This document shows, in pieces, positions 26,558 through 36,920 of a DNA stretch of 37,039 nucleotides. The stretch spans positions 1 through 37,039 of the forward strand of contig JBATGO010000023.1 in the NCBI GenBank assembly GCA_049665845.1, given 5' to 3'. Under the pieces are notes generated by a model. It saw only the letters and a program-made list of their open reading frames with translations. It was not told the origin of the DNA and did no database searches. Position 1 is the stretch's first letter. The number at the start of each line of letters is the position of its first letter. The position numbers were made by a program, and so were the translations under genes. The DNA is from Pseudomonadales bacterium. Lineage in GTDB: Bacteria; Pseudomonadota; Gammaproteobacteria; Pseudomonadales; UBA7434.

Positions 26558-27394
26558 CTATTCGCGCCAGCTAGCCGGGTCCAGCTGGTAGAAGCGCAGC
26601 ATTTGCCGATAAAGATCGGGCAGGTGCTCGCGCATCGCGAGCGGTTTTTCAAAAAACGATTCGGTTGCAACGGCAAAAAATTCCGGCGGTGAAGTCGCGC
26701 CGTATGCGTCGAGCACGCTGTTGCTGCGACGTTCCACGCGTTCGAGGAACTCGCGGTATTCGCGGCTCAATACTTCCACCCATTCAGCGTAGGCATGGCT
26801 TTCGCGCAATAGTGGCTGCCCGTTGCTGGCAAAATTTTGCTCGTCGAGCTTGTGCGCAAACTCGTGCAAAACCACATTGAAACCGTCATCGGCATCATCA
26901 CCACCGCGCAATACATCTCCCCACGACAATATCACTGGCCCGCGGTGCCAGGATTCACCGGCGCGGTGTTCGCGATGGCGAGTCACTACGCCATGCTCGA
27001 CGTGATGCTGGTCGCTGAAAAAAGTATCCGGATAGACCAGGATGGTTTTAAAGCCGGGAAAAATTTCGCCGGGCTCGGCCATCACCAGCAGGCAAGCCTG
27101 GCCGGCTATCGTGACGCGCACGTCATCGTCGATAGCCTGCCCGCCGCGACCGATAATTTTTTTGTCGAGCAGGAAATAGTTGATACGCTGGTGCAGGGCA
27201 TCGCGTAAATCTTCAGGCAATCTACGGTATAGCGGCACGCGCCTTGCGAGGATAAATTCCCATTCGCGCTCGAAGGGTTTTCGATAGGCGCGCTCCCTGC
27301 GTGCGCGGCGATAGTATGTGCGCAGGAATTTCCCCGCCACCAGGCTCGCGACAATAGCAGCAATGACGAGGCTGTAAAGCGTGAATGCGGTCAT
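26558..27394 (-). CDS. mtfA: MtfA-like zinc metallopeptidase (peptidase M90) with a predicted N-terminal TM helix
   Basis: HEFAHKLD zinc motif, IDAYGATSPPEFFAVATESFFEKP and ...LYRQMLRFYQLDP resemble MtfA/YeeI. The ORF is open to 27496, but ATG 27394 (MTAFTLYSLVIAAIVASLVAG...) gives the expected length. Confidence 0.8.
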   Translation of the reverse strand: MTAFTLYSLVIAAIVASLVAGKFLRTYYRRARRERAYRKPFEREWEFILARRVPLYRRLPEDLRDALHQRINYFLLDKKIIGRGGQAIDDDVRVTIAGQACLLVMAEPGEIFPGFKTILVYPDTFFSDQHHVEHGVVTRHREHRAGESWHRGPVILSWGDVLRGGDDADDGFNVVLHEFAHKLDEQNFASNGQPLLRESHAYAEWVEVLSREYREFLERVERRSNSVLDAYGATSPPEFFAVATESFFEKPLAMREHLPDLYRQMLRFYQLDPASWRE

Positions 27395-27823
27395 GCCTGC
27401 CTGTACCCTCTGGTCGGGCTGCGCAGCAATATCTGCATGGCCAGTGCGCGATAAACCATCGAGAAGAGCACTGTCAAAATACTCCCTGCAGGACATTTTG
27501 CAGGTATCCGATCACGGCGCAGGTCAGGCATTTGACTGAACAATGCGCGGTTTCGATCCAGCCTGCGACAAGAGGTGTGCTAAATTCGTCGAGCGTATTT
27601 GTTTTCACTTTCAATCCGCAAAAAATGATTGCATCATCTGTAGCTTGCTTTACGCTGCGCAGTGCGGCCGCTTGCCAGCTGCCTGGCCCGGTGGCGCGAT
27701 ATTTTAAGAGCGCCCGCTCCGTATTCCTGTCCAAGCAAGCGCCCATCAAAAAAAAACCAACCGAATCTGGAGCCTGCAACACAAAGCAGGCCGGAAGCTG
27801 GAAGACATTAGAAGCTAAAGACC

Positions 27824-29935
27824 TTGGATGCTGCTGAAAAACTGCTGTACCTCGCGGGTGTCGCAAACGACTATTTCAGTTTTGCGGGCCAGCATATGTT
27901 CATTGCGCACGAGACGCGCATGGCCTGCCTGCAGGCGATGGGTGTAGATATCGATTCGCCCGCTGCGATCGAAGCTGCGATAGCAGCACTCGATGCCGCG
28001 CCCTGGCAGCAACTGCTGTCGCCACTGATGCTGGTGGAGTCCGGTATTACACAACAGCTCGAGTGCAGGCTGCCAGACAGCGAGCGCAACCTGCCTCTGC
28101 ATTGGCAGATTGAAACCGAAGCGGGCGAATACCTGTCGGGCGAGGCCGTGCCCGCGCAGTGCTTCGAAAGCGGCGAATATTATATAACGGGAACGCGCTA
28201 TGGGGCTTTTCAGTTACCGCTGCCCGCGTTGCCAGCCGGTTACCATCGCGTGTCGGCAAGCAATGGCAGGGCCAGCGCCAGCGCTTCGCTGGTTGCAGCA
28301 CCAGCGCATTGTTTTCGCAGCGAAGCGCTCGCCGATGATCGGGTATGGGGTATTACCTGCCAGCTTTATACACTGAAATCGCAGCGCAACTGGGGCATTG
28401 GCGACTTTGGTGACCTGCGCGAGCTGCTCGATCGCTGTGCGACAGCGGGCATGGATTTTATTTTGCTTAACCCGCTACACGCCCCGGATTTTTCAAGCCA
28501 AAGTTTTGCGAGCCCCTACAGCCCTTCGGACCGACTTTTTTTTAATGCGCTTTATATCGATCTCGAATGGGCAGCAAGCTTTGCAGAGGCGGGGCAAAGC
28601 TTGCGGGAGCAGCTGCGAGCGCAGCAAAGCGGCGCAAGTGTAGCGGCGCTGCGTGATGAAGAGCTGGTCGATTATGCGCGCGTAGCCACACTCAAATTCA
28701 AAACGCTGGTGCAGCTTTATCGCGCATTTGCCGAACAGCATCTTGACGCATCTTCTGCGCTTGGCAGTGATTTCTTGCGTTTTGTTGAAGCCGGCGGCAA
28801 CCCATTGCAACGCTTTGCAGCTTATGAAGCTGCGCACTGCCCGCTGGCGGCTGGGTGTGCGGGTGATTCGCGCTTTTACCTGTATTTGCAGTGGATGGCG
28901 CAGCAACAGCTCGAGCATTGCCAGCGCCGCGCACGCGAGTTGGGCATGCGCATCGGGCTGGTCGGCGATCTTGCTGTGGGCGCGATCGGCGATGGTGCTG
29001 AAGTACATGGCAGCCCGGGTTACTTCTGCGACCGCGCCTGTATCGGCGCGCCACCTGATCCTTTTAACCAGCAGGGCCAAAACTGGGATCTTCCTGCGCC
29101 GAATCCACTGGCCATGCGTGAAACCTGTTACGCACATTTTATAGCACTGTTTCGCGCCAATATGAAATACTACGGTGGGCTCAGGATCGATCACGTTATG
29201 GGCCTGAGTCGGCTTTGGTGGTGTCCGCTCGGCAGTGAGCAGGGCGCTTACGTTTATTATCCGCGTGAAATACTGTTTGCTTTACTGCGTCTTGAAAGTC
29301 ACCGCCAGCAATGTGTCGTGATTGGCGAGGACATGGGTGTGGTCGAAGATCCATTTCGCGAATTGATGCAGTCCAGTGCAATGCTCAACAACCGCCTGTT
29401 TTATTTCGAGCGTGAGCACGATGGTGCGTGGCGTTCGCCGCAGGCGCACTCTGCCGAGACACTTTTTATGGTCAGCAATCACGACGTGCCGACACTGGCT
29501 GCGTGGTGGAGTGGTGCGGATATTGAACTGCGTGCGCAGTTGGGCATGTCGGGTGATGCAAGTGAGGCAGATCGTGTACGCGAGCAGGCCGAGAGGAAGC
29601 AGGACAGGCAGCATGTGTTGAGCTGGCTGGATAGGCTCGGCTTCGCCGCAGAAATCTCTGCAATAGCGACGGACCCGGTAAAGCCGCAGCTGGACTGGCC
29701 GCTTTGCTCGGCAATTCTCCTGGCCTGTGCAAAAAGCCGTTCGAAAATATTGTGCCTGCAGCTTGAAGACCTGCAGCTCATTGAGGCGCCGGTTAATATT
29801 CCGGGCACTCACCTTGAGTATCCCAACTGGCGAAGAAAACAGCTTCGCAGTGTAGAGGAAATTTTTAGCGATAAGGCGGTGAACAATTTGTTGGCCGGGA
29901 TTGACCGGGAGAGGAAGCATGGCACTATTGAATGA
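27824..29935 (+). CDS. malQ: 4-alpha-glucanotransferase (amylomaltase), long MalQ type
   Basis: 703 aa. TTG 27824 is the first start after the in-frame TAG at 27809. The N-terminal MalQ-specific domain is followed by a GH77 core (WGIGDFGDL...LNPLH...RIDHVMGL...IGEDMG...NHD). Confidence 0.9.
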   Translation: MDAAEKLLYLAGVANDYFSFAGQHMFIAHETRMACLQAMGVDIDSPAAIEAAIAALDAAPWQQLLSPLMLVESGITQQLECRLPDSERNLPLHWQIETEAGEYLSGEAVPAQCFESGEYYITGTRYGAFQLPLPALPAGYHRVSASNGRASASASLVAAPAHCFRSEALADDRVWGITCQLYTLKSQRNWGIGDFGDLRELLDRCATAGMDFILLNPLHAPDFSSQSFASPYSPSDRLFFNALYIDLEWAASFAEAGQSLREQLRAQQSGASVAALRDEELVDYARVATLKFKTLVQLYRAFAEQHLDASSALGSDFLRFVEAGGNPLQRFAAYEAAHCPLAAGCAGDSRFYLYLQWMAQQQLEHCQRRARELGMRIGLVGDLAVGAIGDGAEVHGSPGYFCDRACIGAPPDPFNQQGQNWDLPAPNPLAMRETCYAHFIALFRANMKYYGGLRIDHVMGLSRLWWCPLGSEQGAYVYYPREILFALLRLESHRQQCVVIGEDMGVVEDPFRELMQSSAMLNNRLFYFEREHDGAWRSPQAHSAETLFMVSNHDVPTLAAWWSGADIELRAQLGMSGDASEADRVREQAERKQDRQHVLSWLDRLGFAAEISAIATDPVKPQLDWPLCSAILLACAKSRSKILCLQLEDLQLIEAPVNIPGTHLEYPNWRRKQLRSVEEIFSDKAVNNLLAGIDRERKHGTIE

Positions 29936-32135
29936 GCCAGTTATAACAGCGAGCGATGCCAGTGCGTTGCTGGCAGGCAGGCACGGCGATGTATTTGCGG
30001 TGCTGGGCATGCACAGTCACCCGTCCCACAGTGGCCTGGTAGTGCGCGCGCTGTTGCCGGGCGCCTCCGCAGTCTCCGTGCTCGACAAAAAAACCGGCAA
30101 GCGCGTTGCCGGGCTGGACTGCGTTGATAAAAGCGGGTTGTTCGCCGGCAGTTTGGGGCGCAGGAAAAATCCGTTTGCCTATCTGTTGGAGGTAACTTTC
30201 GGCCCCACCGTTGTACAGCTTGAAGACCCGTACCGGTTTGGATCCATGCTGTCGGAGCAGGATCTGTACCTTTATTGCGAGGGTACCCATGAGCGCGCGT
30301 ATCGCTGGCTGGGTGCACATTTGCGGCAGGTCGATGGTATTGATGGCGTGCTGTTTACAGTCTGGGCGCCGAATGCACAGCGTGTTTCGGTGGTCGGTGA
30401 TTTCAACGGCTGGGACGGCAGGCACCACATGATGCGCAAGCATCCCGCGGCAGGTATCTGGGAGATATTCCTGCCCGGGGTTGCGGCGCACGCGCACTAC
30501 AAATACGAAATAATTGGCGTGCATGGCGAGTTGTTGCCGCTGAAAGCAGATCCACTCGCTTTTGCGATGCAGCTGCGGCCGGCCAACGCTTCCACCGTGG
30601 TTGCGGAGTCGACCTACCAGTGGCGAGATGCCGCATGGATGCGTCACCGCGACGTCGACAGCCAGTATGCAAAGCCGATCGCGATCTATGAAGTACAACT
30701 CGCCTCCTGGCGCAGGAGCGTCGAGCAGGGCCACGGCTACCTCGATTATCGCGAATTGGCCGCGCAATTAATACCGTACGCCAGGGAGATGGGCTTCACC
30801 CACCTGCAGTTGATGCCGGTCAGCGAGTATCCCTTCGATGGTTCCTGGGGCTACCAGCCGATTGGCCTGTATGCGCCCAGCAGCCGTTTCGGCTCGCCTG
30901 ACGATTTCCGCTATTTCGTCGACCAGTGCCACGCCGCTGAAATCGGCTTGCTGATCGACTGGGTGCCCGGCCACTTTCCCACCGACGAACATGGCCTGGG
31001 CCGTTTCGACGGCACCCACCTGTACGAGCATGCCGATCCCAGGCAGGGGTTTCACCCCGACTGGAATACGCTGATTTACAACTACTCAAGGCCCGAAGTG
31101 GTCAGCTTCCTGCTCAGCAATGCGCTTTACTGGCTCGATGAGTTTCATGTCGACGGGCTGCGCGTGGATGCAGTTGCATCAATGCTCTATCTCGATTACG
31201 CGCGCGAGCATGGCGAGTGGATACCCAACGAACACGGTGGTCGTGAAAACCTCGCCGCGATTAATTTCCTGCGGCAGGTAAATGCACGCGCCTATTTTAA
31301 TCACGCCGGCGTCATGATGGTCGCCGAGGAGTCGACCGCATGGCCCGGCGTTTCAAAACCGGTTGACCAGGACGGGCTTGGCTTTGGATTCAAATGGAAT
31401 ATGGGCTGGATGAACGATACGCTCAGCTTTATGGAGCGCGACCCGATCCATCGCAAGTACCACAACAATGAAATGACGTTTGGCTTGTTGTACGGTTTCA
31501 GTGAAAACTTTGTTTTACCGCTCAGTCACGACGAAGTGGTGCACGGCAAGCGTTCGCTGCTGGAAAAAATGCCTGGTGATAACTGGCAGAAATTTGCCAA
31601 CCTGCGCGCGTATCTTGGCTTCATGTGGACACATCCGGGCAAAAAACTGCTTTTCATGGGAGGTGAGTTTGCGCAGCGCAGCGAGTGGAATCATGACCAG
31701 AGTCTCGACTGGCACTTGCTGGAATACGAATCGCACCGTGGCATCCAGCACCTGGTAAAAGATCTGAACGCCTGTTACCGGAATACACCGGCACTCTACG
31801 AGCTGGACTGCGAAGCTGCAGGATTTGAGTGGTTGCAGGAAAATGCTGACCAATCGCTGTTTGCCTATCTGCGGAAGGGGCGCAACGGCGCCGGGCCGGT
31901 TGTGGTTGTCGTCAACCTCACGCCCAATACCTATCCGCGCTATGAGTTGCCGGTACCATTGCCCGGCTACTATCGCGAAATACTCAACAGCGATGCAGCA
32001 ATCTACGGTGGCAGCAACCAGGGCAATGACGGTGGTATCGCAGCGAGGGATACCCACCATGGCGCTCACGCTCATCACATTACCCTTTGTGTGCCGCCGC
32101 TGGCGACGCTGGTCTTGCAACAGGAGGCAGGCTGA
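29919..32135 (+). CDS. glgB: 1,4-alpha-glucan branching enzyme GlgB
   Basis: GH13 motifs are present: DWVPGHF, GLRVDAVASM, AEESTAWP, LPLSHDEVVHGK. ATG 29919 follows GGGAGAGGAAG and overlaps the malQ 3' end by 17 nt. The ORF is open from TTG 29901. Confidence 0.95.
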   Translation: MALLNEPVITASDASALLAGRHGDVFAVLGMHSHPSHSGLVVRALLPGASAVSVLDKKTGKRVAGLDCVDKSGLFAGSLGRRKNPFAYLLEVTFGPTVVQLEDPYRFGSMLSEQDLYLYCEGTHERAYRWLGAHLRQVDGIDGVLFTVWAPNAQRVSVVGDFNGWDGRHHMMRKHPAAGIWEIFLPGVAAHAHYKYEIIGVHGELLPLKADPLAFAMQLRPANASTVVAESTYQWRDAAWMRHRDVDSQYAKPIAIYEVQLASWRRSVEQGHGYLDYRELAAQLIPYAREMGFTHLQLMPVSEYPFDGSWGYQPIGLYAPSSRFGSPDDFRYFVDQCHAAEIGLLIDWVPGHFPTDEHGLGRFDGTHLYEHADPRQGFHPDWNTLIYNYSRPEVVSFLLSNALYWLDEFHVDGLRVDAVASMLYLDYAREHGEWIPNEHGGRENLAAINFLRQVNARAYFNHAGVMMVAEESTAWPGVSKPVDQDGLGFGFKWNMGWMNDTLSFMERDPIHRKYHNNEMTFGLLYGFSENFVLPLSHDEVVHGKRSLLEKMPGDNWQKFANLRAYLGFMWTHPGKKLLFMGGEFAQRSEWNHDQSLDWHLLEYESHRGIQHLVKDLNACYRNTPALYELDCEAAGFEWLQENADQSLFAYLRKGRNGAGPVVVVVNLTPNTYPRYELPVPLPGYYREILNSDAAIYGGSNQGNDGGIAARDTHHGAHAHHITLCVPPLATLVLQQEAG

Positions 32136-32138
32136 TCG

Positions 32139-34259
32139 ATGAAGTTTGAAACAAGTGTTGGCGACCCGACCAGGCTGGGTGCACAGTGCGATGCAGACGG
32201 GGTCAATTTTGCGCTGTTTTCAGCAAATGCAAAACGTGTAGAGCTCTGCCTTTACGACGCAAAGGGAGAACGTGAAATAGCGAGGCTGGATTTGCCCGAG
32301 CAAACGCACGATGTCTGGCACGGTTACGTACCAGGCCTTGCGCCGGGCGCTGTATACGGCTACCGCGTGCACGGGCGCTATGAGCCACATGCGGGCCACC
32401 GCTTTAACCACAACAAGCTGCTGGTTGATCCCTACGCGACACAACTATGCGGGGAATTCGTATGGCGTGACGAAAATTTTGGCTATGACAAAAGCGATGC
32501 GCTCGTCGACCTGGCGATAGATACGCGCGACAATGCCGCCTTTGTACCAAAAGCTGTAGTCAGCGCATCGAACCGCCTGAACGGGCATAGCCTGGATGAT
32601 TCGCCGCGAGAGGTGCTCAACAACAAGCCTCGCCTGCCCTGGCAGCAGACCTTGCTGTATGAATTGCACGTGCGCGGTTTTACCATTGCGCATCCGGCAC
32701 TATCTGAAGCCGAGCGTGGGCGATTCGCAGGGCTTGCGCACAGCGAGGTCATTGCCTATCTGAAGTCGCTGGGTGTGACCAGTGTCGAGTTGCTACCGGT
32801 ACACGCGTTCATCGACGAACATTTTCTTTTTGAAAAAGGCCTCAGCAACTACTGGGGTTACAACACGCTGAATTTTTTCACGCCGCATTCAGCATACCTC
32901 GGCGCCGGGTCAGGCGACGTGGCGCAGTTCAGGCGCATGGTCGATACGTTTCACGACGCCGGCATGGAAGTGATTCTCGATGTCGTTTACAACCATACCT
33001 GCGAGAGCAATCACCTCGGGCCGACCCTGTCATTCCGCGGTATCGATAACGCTGCCTATTACCGGCTGCAATCCGAAGACCGGCGCTACTATGTGAACGA
33101 TACCGGTTGCGGTAACACGCTGAATATTTCGCATCCGCGCGTACTGCAACTGGTGCTGGACAGTATGCGGTACTGGGCCGGACCGATGGGTGTCGACGGT
33201 TTTCGTTTTGACCTGGCGACAGTGCTCGGTCGCTCCGCTGCAGGCTACAATCCGCAAGCGACGTTTTTCCAGGCCGTGGCGCAGGACCCTGTACTTTCCA
33301 GAATCAAACTGATTGCCGAGCCCTGGGATATTGGTCCAGGCGGTTACCAGCTAGGTAAATTTCCCGCACCCTGGAGTGAGTGGAACGACGATTTTCGCGA
33401 CACCGCGCGCAAATTCTGGCGCAGTTCGCCAGGCGTGCTGCCAACTTTTGCGCGCAGGCTGCACGGGTCCAGCGATATTTTCGAGCATACCGGGCGCAGG
33501 CCATACGCCAGTATCAACTACATCGCCAGCCACGACGGCTTTACGCTTCGTGACCTGGTCAGTTACGAGTCGCGTCACAACGAGGCCAATGGCGAGGAGA
33601 ATCGCGACGGTCATCGCGACAACCTCGGCATGAACTTTGGCGTCGAGGGCGAAACTGATGATGCGCTAATCAATAGCCTGCGACGACGCCAACAGCGCAA
33701 CTTTCTTGCCACGGTATTTTTCGCCCAGGGTGTGCCGATGTTGCTGGCAGGCGACGAAATGGGCAGGTCACAGCGCGGCAATAACAATGCCTATTGCCAG
33801 GATAACGCCATCAACTGGCTCGACTGGGAAACCGCCAGCAGCGATTTGCAGGCTTTCGTGCGCCTGCTGTCGCAACTGCGGCGCGAATACAGCGTCCTGT
33901 CGCACGACAAGTACATCCACCGCCCGTTTAGCCCCGAAAAGGTTAATATCCAGTGGATGCACGCTGATGGATCCGAAATGCGCGATGAACACTGGCGCGC
34001 ACACCACCAGTTCACGCTGGGCTATATGTTGACGCCGCCCGCTGATACTTTATCGACAGCGACAATACCTGGCGGCCGCGTGCTGGCGGTTTTCAACAAT
34101 GCTGACAGCGACTGCGCCTTCCAGTTGCCAGCCACCGGGCGAAACTGGCGCTGGCTGATGGACAGCTGCGCAGAAGACGGCCAACCCGCAACGACAGTGA
34201 TCGACCAGATTCAGGTGCCGATCGCGCAGCGATCGGTCTGCCTGTTTGCAGACAGTTAA
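32139..34259 (+). CDS. glgX: Glycogen debranching enzyme GlgX
   Basis: VNFALFSANA...YGYRVHGRY...HRFNHNKLLVDPYA...DVVYNHT...GFRFDLA...AEPWD...YIASHDGFTL are typical of GlgX/isoamylase. It starts 3 nt after the glgB stop. Confidence 0.95.
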   Translation: MKFETSVGDPTRLGAQCDADGVNFALFSANAKRVELCLYDAKGEREIARLDLPEQTHDVWHGYVPGLAPGAVYGYRVHGRYEPHAGHRFNHNKLLVDPYATQLCGEFVWRDENFGYDKSDALVDLAIDTRDNAAFVPKAVVSASNRLNGHSLDDSPREVLNNKPRLPWQQTLLYELHVRGFTIAHPALSEAERGRFAGLAHSEVIAYLKSLGVTSVELLPVHAFIDEHFLFEKGLSNYWGYNTLNFFTPHSAYLGAGSGDVAQFRRMVDTFHDAGMEVILDVVYNHTCESNHLGPTLSFRGIDNAAYYRLQSEDRRYYVNDTGCGNTLNISHPRVLQLVLDSMRYWAGPMGVDGFRFDLATVLGRSAAGYNPQATFFQAVAQDPVLSRIKLIAEPWDIGPGGYQLGKFPAPWSEWNDDFRDTARKFWRSSPGVLPTFARRLHGSSDIFEHTGRRPYASINYIASHDGFTLRDLVSYESRHNEANGEENRDGHRDNLGMNFGVEGETDDALINSLRRRQQRNFLATVFFAQGVPMLLAGDEMGRSQRGNNNAYCQDNAINWLDWETASSDLQAFVRLLSQLRREYSVLSHDKYIHRPFSPEKVNIQWMHADGSEMRDEHWRAHHQFTLGYMLTPPADTLSTATIPGGRVLAVFNNADSDCAFQLPATGRNWRWLMDSCAEDGQPATTVIDQIQVPIAQRSVCLFADS

Positions 34260-34285
34260 ACGCAACGGAGTCCGGTAATAAAATT

Positions 34286-36748
34286 ATGAGTAAACGGCAT
34301 ACAAACGAATCAGCTGCGGGCAAGGGCGCCCCGGTGCAGGAATTTTCGCTCGCCGAGGATTTACATCGCCACCTGAATTTCACCCTTGGTCGCGATGGTT
34401 CCGATGGCTCGCATCGCTACCTGTACCAGGCCCGGGCGCTATCCGTGCGCGACCAGCTGGTTGGGCAATGGCGCGCGACGCGTGAGCGTCACCGACTCAC
34501 GCAGCCAAAACGCATTAATTATCTTTCACTGGAATTCCTGATGGGCAGGACGCTGTGCAACGCGATCGGCAACCTCGATCTCGATGATTCAGTGAGCGAG
34601 TTACTGCACGAATATGGCTGCAGCATGGAGCAGGTCGCAGAAGAGGAGCGCGATGCGGGACTGGGCAATGGCGGCCTTGGTCGACTGGCGGCATGTTTCC
34701 TCGACAGTTGCGCGACTCTGGGCCTGCCGGTAACCGGCTACGGTATCCGCTACGAATACGGCATGTTTCACCAGCGTATCAAGGACGGCTTCCAGATCGA
34801 GTCGCCGGACCACTGGCTGCGCGATGGCAATCCGTGGGAATTCGAAAATCCCGAAAACGCAAGGCAGGTCAAATTTTTTGGTCGTAGCGAGTATTACCGC
34901 GATGCTGCAGGTACCGAGCGCGTACGCTGGGCTGATACCAGTGACGTGCTGGCAGTGCCCTACGATGTTCCGGTGCCTGGCTATCGCAACAATACCGTGA
35001 ATACGCTGCGCCTGTGGAAATCGGAAGCCACTGATGAGTTTAACCTAGGTGAGTTCAACGCGGGCAGTTATACCGAGGCAGTAGCCCAAAAAAATCTTGC
35101 CGAACAGATCACGATGGTGCTGTACCCCAATGACAGTAGCGAGAATGGCAAGGAGTTGCGTCTGCGCCAGCAGTATTTCCTCGCTTCGGCAAGTTTGCAG
35201 GACGTACTGCACCGCTGGACTGTTGCGCATGGCAATAACTTTGATAATTTCGCGGATAAAAACGGATTCCAGCTAAACGATACGCACCCGAGTATCGCCG
35301 TCGCAGAGTTGATGCGCCTGTTTTGCGACGACTACCTGATGGAATGGGACGAAGCCTGGGCAATCACTTCGCAAACCATGGCCTACACCAACCACACGCT
35401 GTTGCCCGAAGCACTGGAGCAGTGGCCGGTTGCCATGTTCGGTCGCTTGTTACCACGCTTGCTGGAAATCATTTACGAAATTAACGCGCGCTTCCTGCGG
35501 CAGGTTGCGGCACGCTGGCCCGGCGATATTGAGCGGCAGCGAAGACTTTCTATTATCGCAGAAGGAGACTATCCGCAGGTCAGGATGGCACACCTTGCGA
35601 TCGTCGGCAGTCACAGCATCAACGGCGTAGCAGCGCTGCACACGCGTTTGTTGATAGATGGGCTGTTTCGCGATTTTTACGCGCTTTGGCCGGACAGGTT
35701 CAACAACAAGACCAACGGTGTCACGCCGAGGCGCTGGCTGGCACATTGCAACCCGGAATTATCGGCCCTGATAACAGGGAAGATCGGCGAAGGCTGGATC
35801 ACCGATTTGCAGCAGCTCGAAAAACTGTATCCGTTCGCCGATGATCCTGCTTTTCGCCAGCAGTGGACCGCAATAAAAAGCCACAACAAGCAGCGCCTGG
35901 TTGAACAGGTTGAAGAATCCTGCGGGGTCAGCTTCGACGTCAGCATGCTGTTCGATATACAGGTCAAGCGCGTGCACGAATACAAGCGCCAGTTGCTCAA
36001 TATACTTCATGTTATTCATGTCTACGACCGGGTTTTGCGCGGAGACACGCAGGGCCTGCAGCCTCGCTGTGTATTATTTGGCGGTAAGGCTGCGCCCGGC
36101 TACGCGATGGCAAAAACCATTATCAAGCTGATCAACAACGTTGCTACGGTCGTCAACGATGACCATCGGCTCGCACCATGGTTGCGCGTGGTCTTCCTGC
36201 CCGATTACTGTGTTACAGCGATGGAAACGATTTGTCCTGCTGCTGACCTTTCCGAGCAAATTTCTACCGCGGGCAAGGAGGCATCCGGCACGGGAAATAT
36301 GAAGTTCATGATGAATGGTGCAATAACCATCGGTACCTATGATGGCGCCAATATTGAAATCCTGGAAGCGGTCGGCGAGGAAAATTTCTTCCTGTTTGGC
36401 CTGAAGGCAGACGAGGTTGTCGAGCAGCGCAAAAGCTACCGGCCGAATGTGATAATTGCAGCCGATAGTGATTTCAAGCGCGTAATGCAGTTTATTGAAA
36501 GCGGGCATTTCAACCTGTTCGAGCCGGGCATATTTGACCCGGTCATTGCGTCTGTCCGCAGCGACTACGATGCGTGGATGACAGCGGCAGATTTCCGTGG
36601 CTATATTGACGCGCAGCGAGCGGTAGAGACTGCATACGCAGATACAGGGCGATGGATTCGCATGAGTATTAGCAACGTCGCCGCAAGCGGGCGCTTTTCG
36701 AGTGATCGCACGATCAGTGAATACGCCGAACAAATCTGGAAGTTGTAG
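34286..36748 (+). CDS. glgP: Glycogen/maltodextrin phosphorylase
   Basis: 820 aa. YLSLEFLMGR, GLGNGGLGRLAACFLDS, and the PLP-site region EASGTGNMKFMMNGA are canonical GT35 motifs. Confidence 0.96.
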   Translation: MSKRHTNESAAGKGAPVQEFSLAEDLHRHLNFTLGRDGSDGSHRYLYQARALSVRDQLVGQWRATRERHRLTQPKRINYLSLEFLMGRTLCNAIGNLDLDDSVSELLHEYGCSMEQVAEEERDAGLGNGGLGRLAACFLDSCATLGLPVTGYGIRYEYGMFHQRIKDGFQIESPDHWLRDGNPWEFENPENARQVKFFGRSEYYRDAAGTERVRWADTSDVLAVPYDVPVPGYRNNTVNTLRLWKSEATDEFNLGEFNAGSYTEAVAQKNLAEQITMVLYPNDSSENGKELRLRQQYFLASASLQDVLHRWTVAHGNNFDNFADKNGFQLNDTHPSIAVAELMRLFCDDYLMEWDEAWAITSQTMAYTNHTLLPEALEQWPVAMFGRLLPRLLEIIYEINARFLRQVAARWPGDIERQRRLSIIAEGDYPQVRMAHLAIVGSHSINGVAALHTRLLIDGLFRDFYALWPDRFNNKTNGVTPRRWLAHCNPELSALITGKIGEGWITDLQQLEKLYPFADDPAFRQQWTAIKSHNKQRLVEQVEESCGVSFDVSMLFDIQVKRVHEYKRQLLNILHVIHVYDRVLRGDTQGLQPRCVLFGGKAAPGYAMAKTIIKLINNVATVVNDDHRLAPWLRVVFLPDYCVTAMETICPAADLSEQISTAGKEASGTGNMKFMMNGAITIGTYDGANIEILEAVGEENFFLFGLKADEVVEQRKSYRPNVIIAADSDFKRVMQFIESGHFNLFEPGIFDPVIASVRSDYDAWMTAADFRGYIDAQRAVETAYADTGRWIRMSISNVAASGRFSSDRTISEYAEQIWKL

Positions 36749-36920
36749 TTGAGGTTGTATGAGAATTTAGTAGCGTTCGCAGCTGAGATTGCCGTAAAAA
36801 CTGTAGTCGGGGTCGTATTTGAGCTTACGGTTACAGCCGCCGCCTATTCGCTTGGCTTTTCAGGTATCGATTTGAATAATTGAAAATACAAGTACTGCAT
36901 AAAAACGAGAGGGCAACATC

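Noticed and set aside
27474-27866. 130-aa minus-strand ORF in the mtfA/malQ gap, ending ...AHCSVKCLTCAVIG (a CX3CX2C pattern like radical-SAM clusters)
   Set aside because: Its 5' part overlaps the malQ start. The only internal ATG (27746) follows a T9 run with no RBS. The Cys motif is at the extreme C-terminus of a product too short for a radical-SAM fold. GC3 over the last 22 codons is only about 59%. I kept it as a low-probability item under the intergenic finding.
29901-29918. TTG 29901 as the glgB start (six extra codons, MTGRGS)
   Set aside because: ATG 29919 is preceded at proper spacing by GGGAGAGGAAG and gives a typical GlgB N-terminus. The upstream TTG lacks an RBS.
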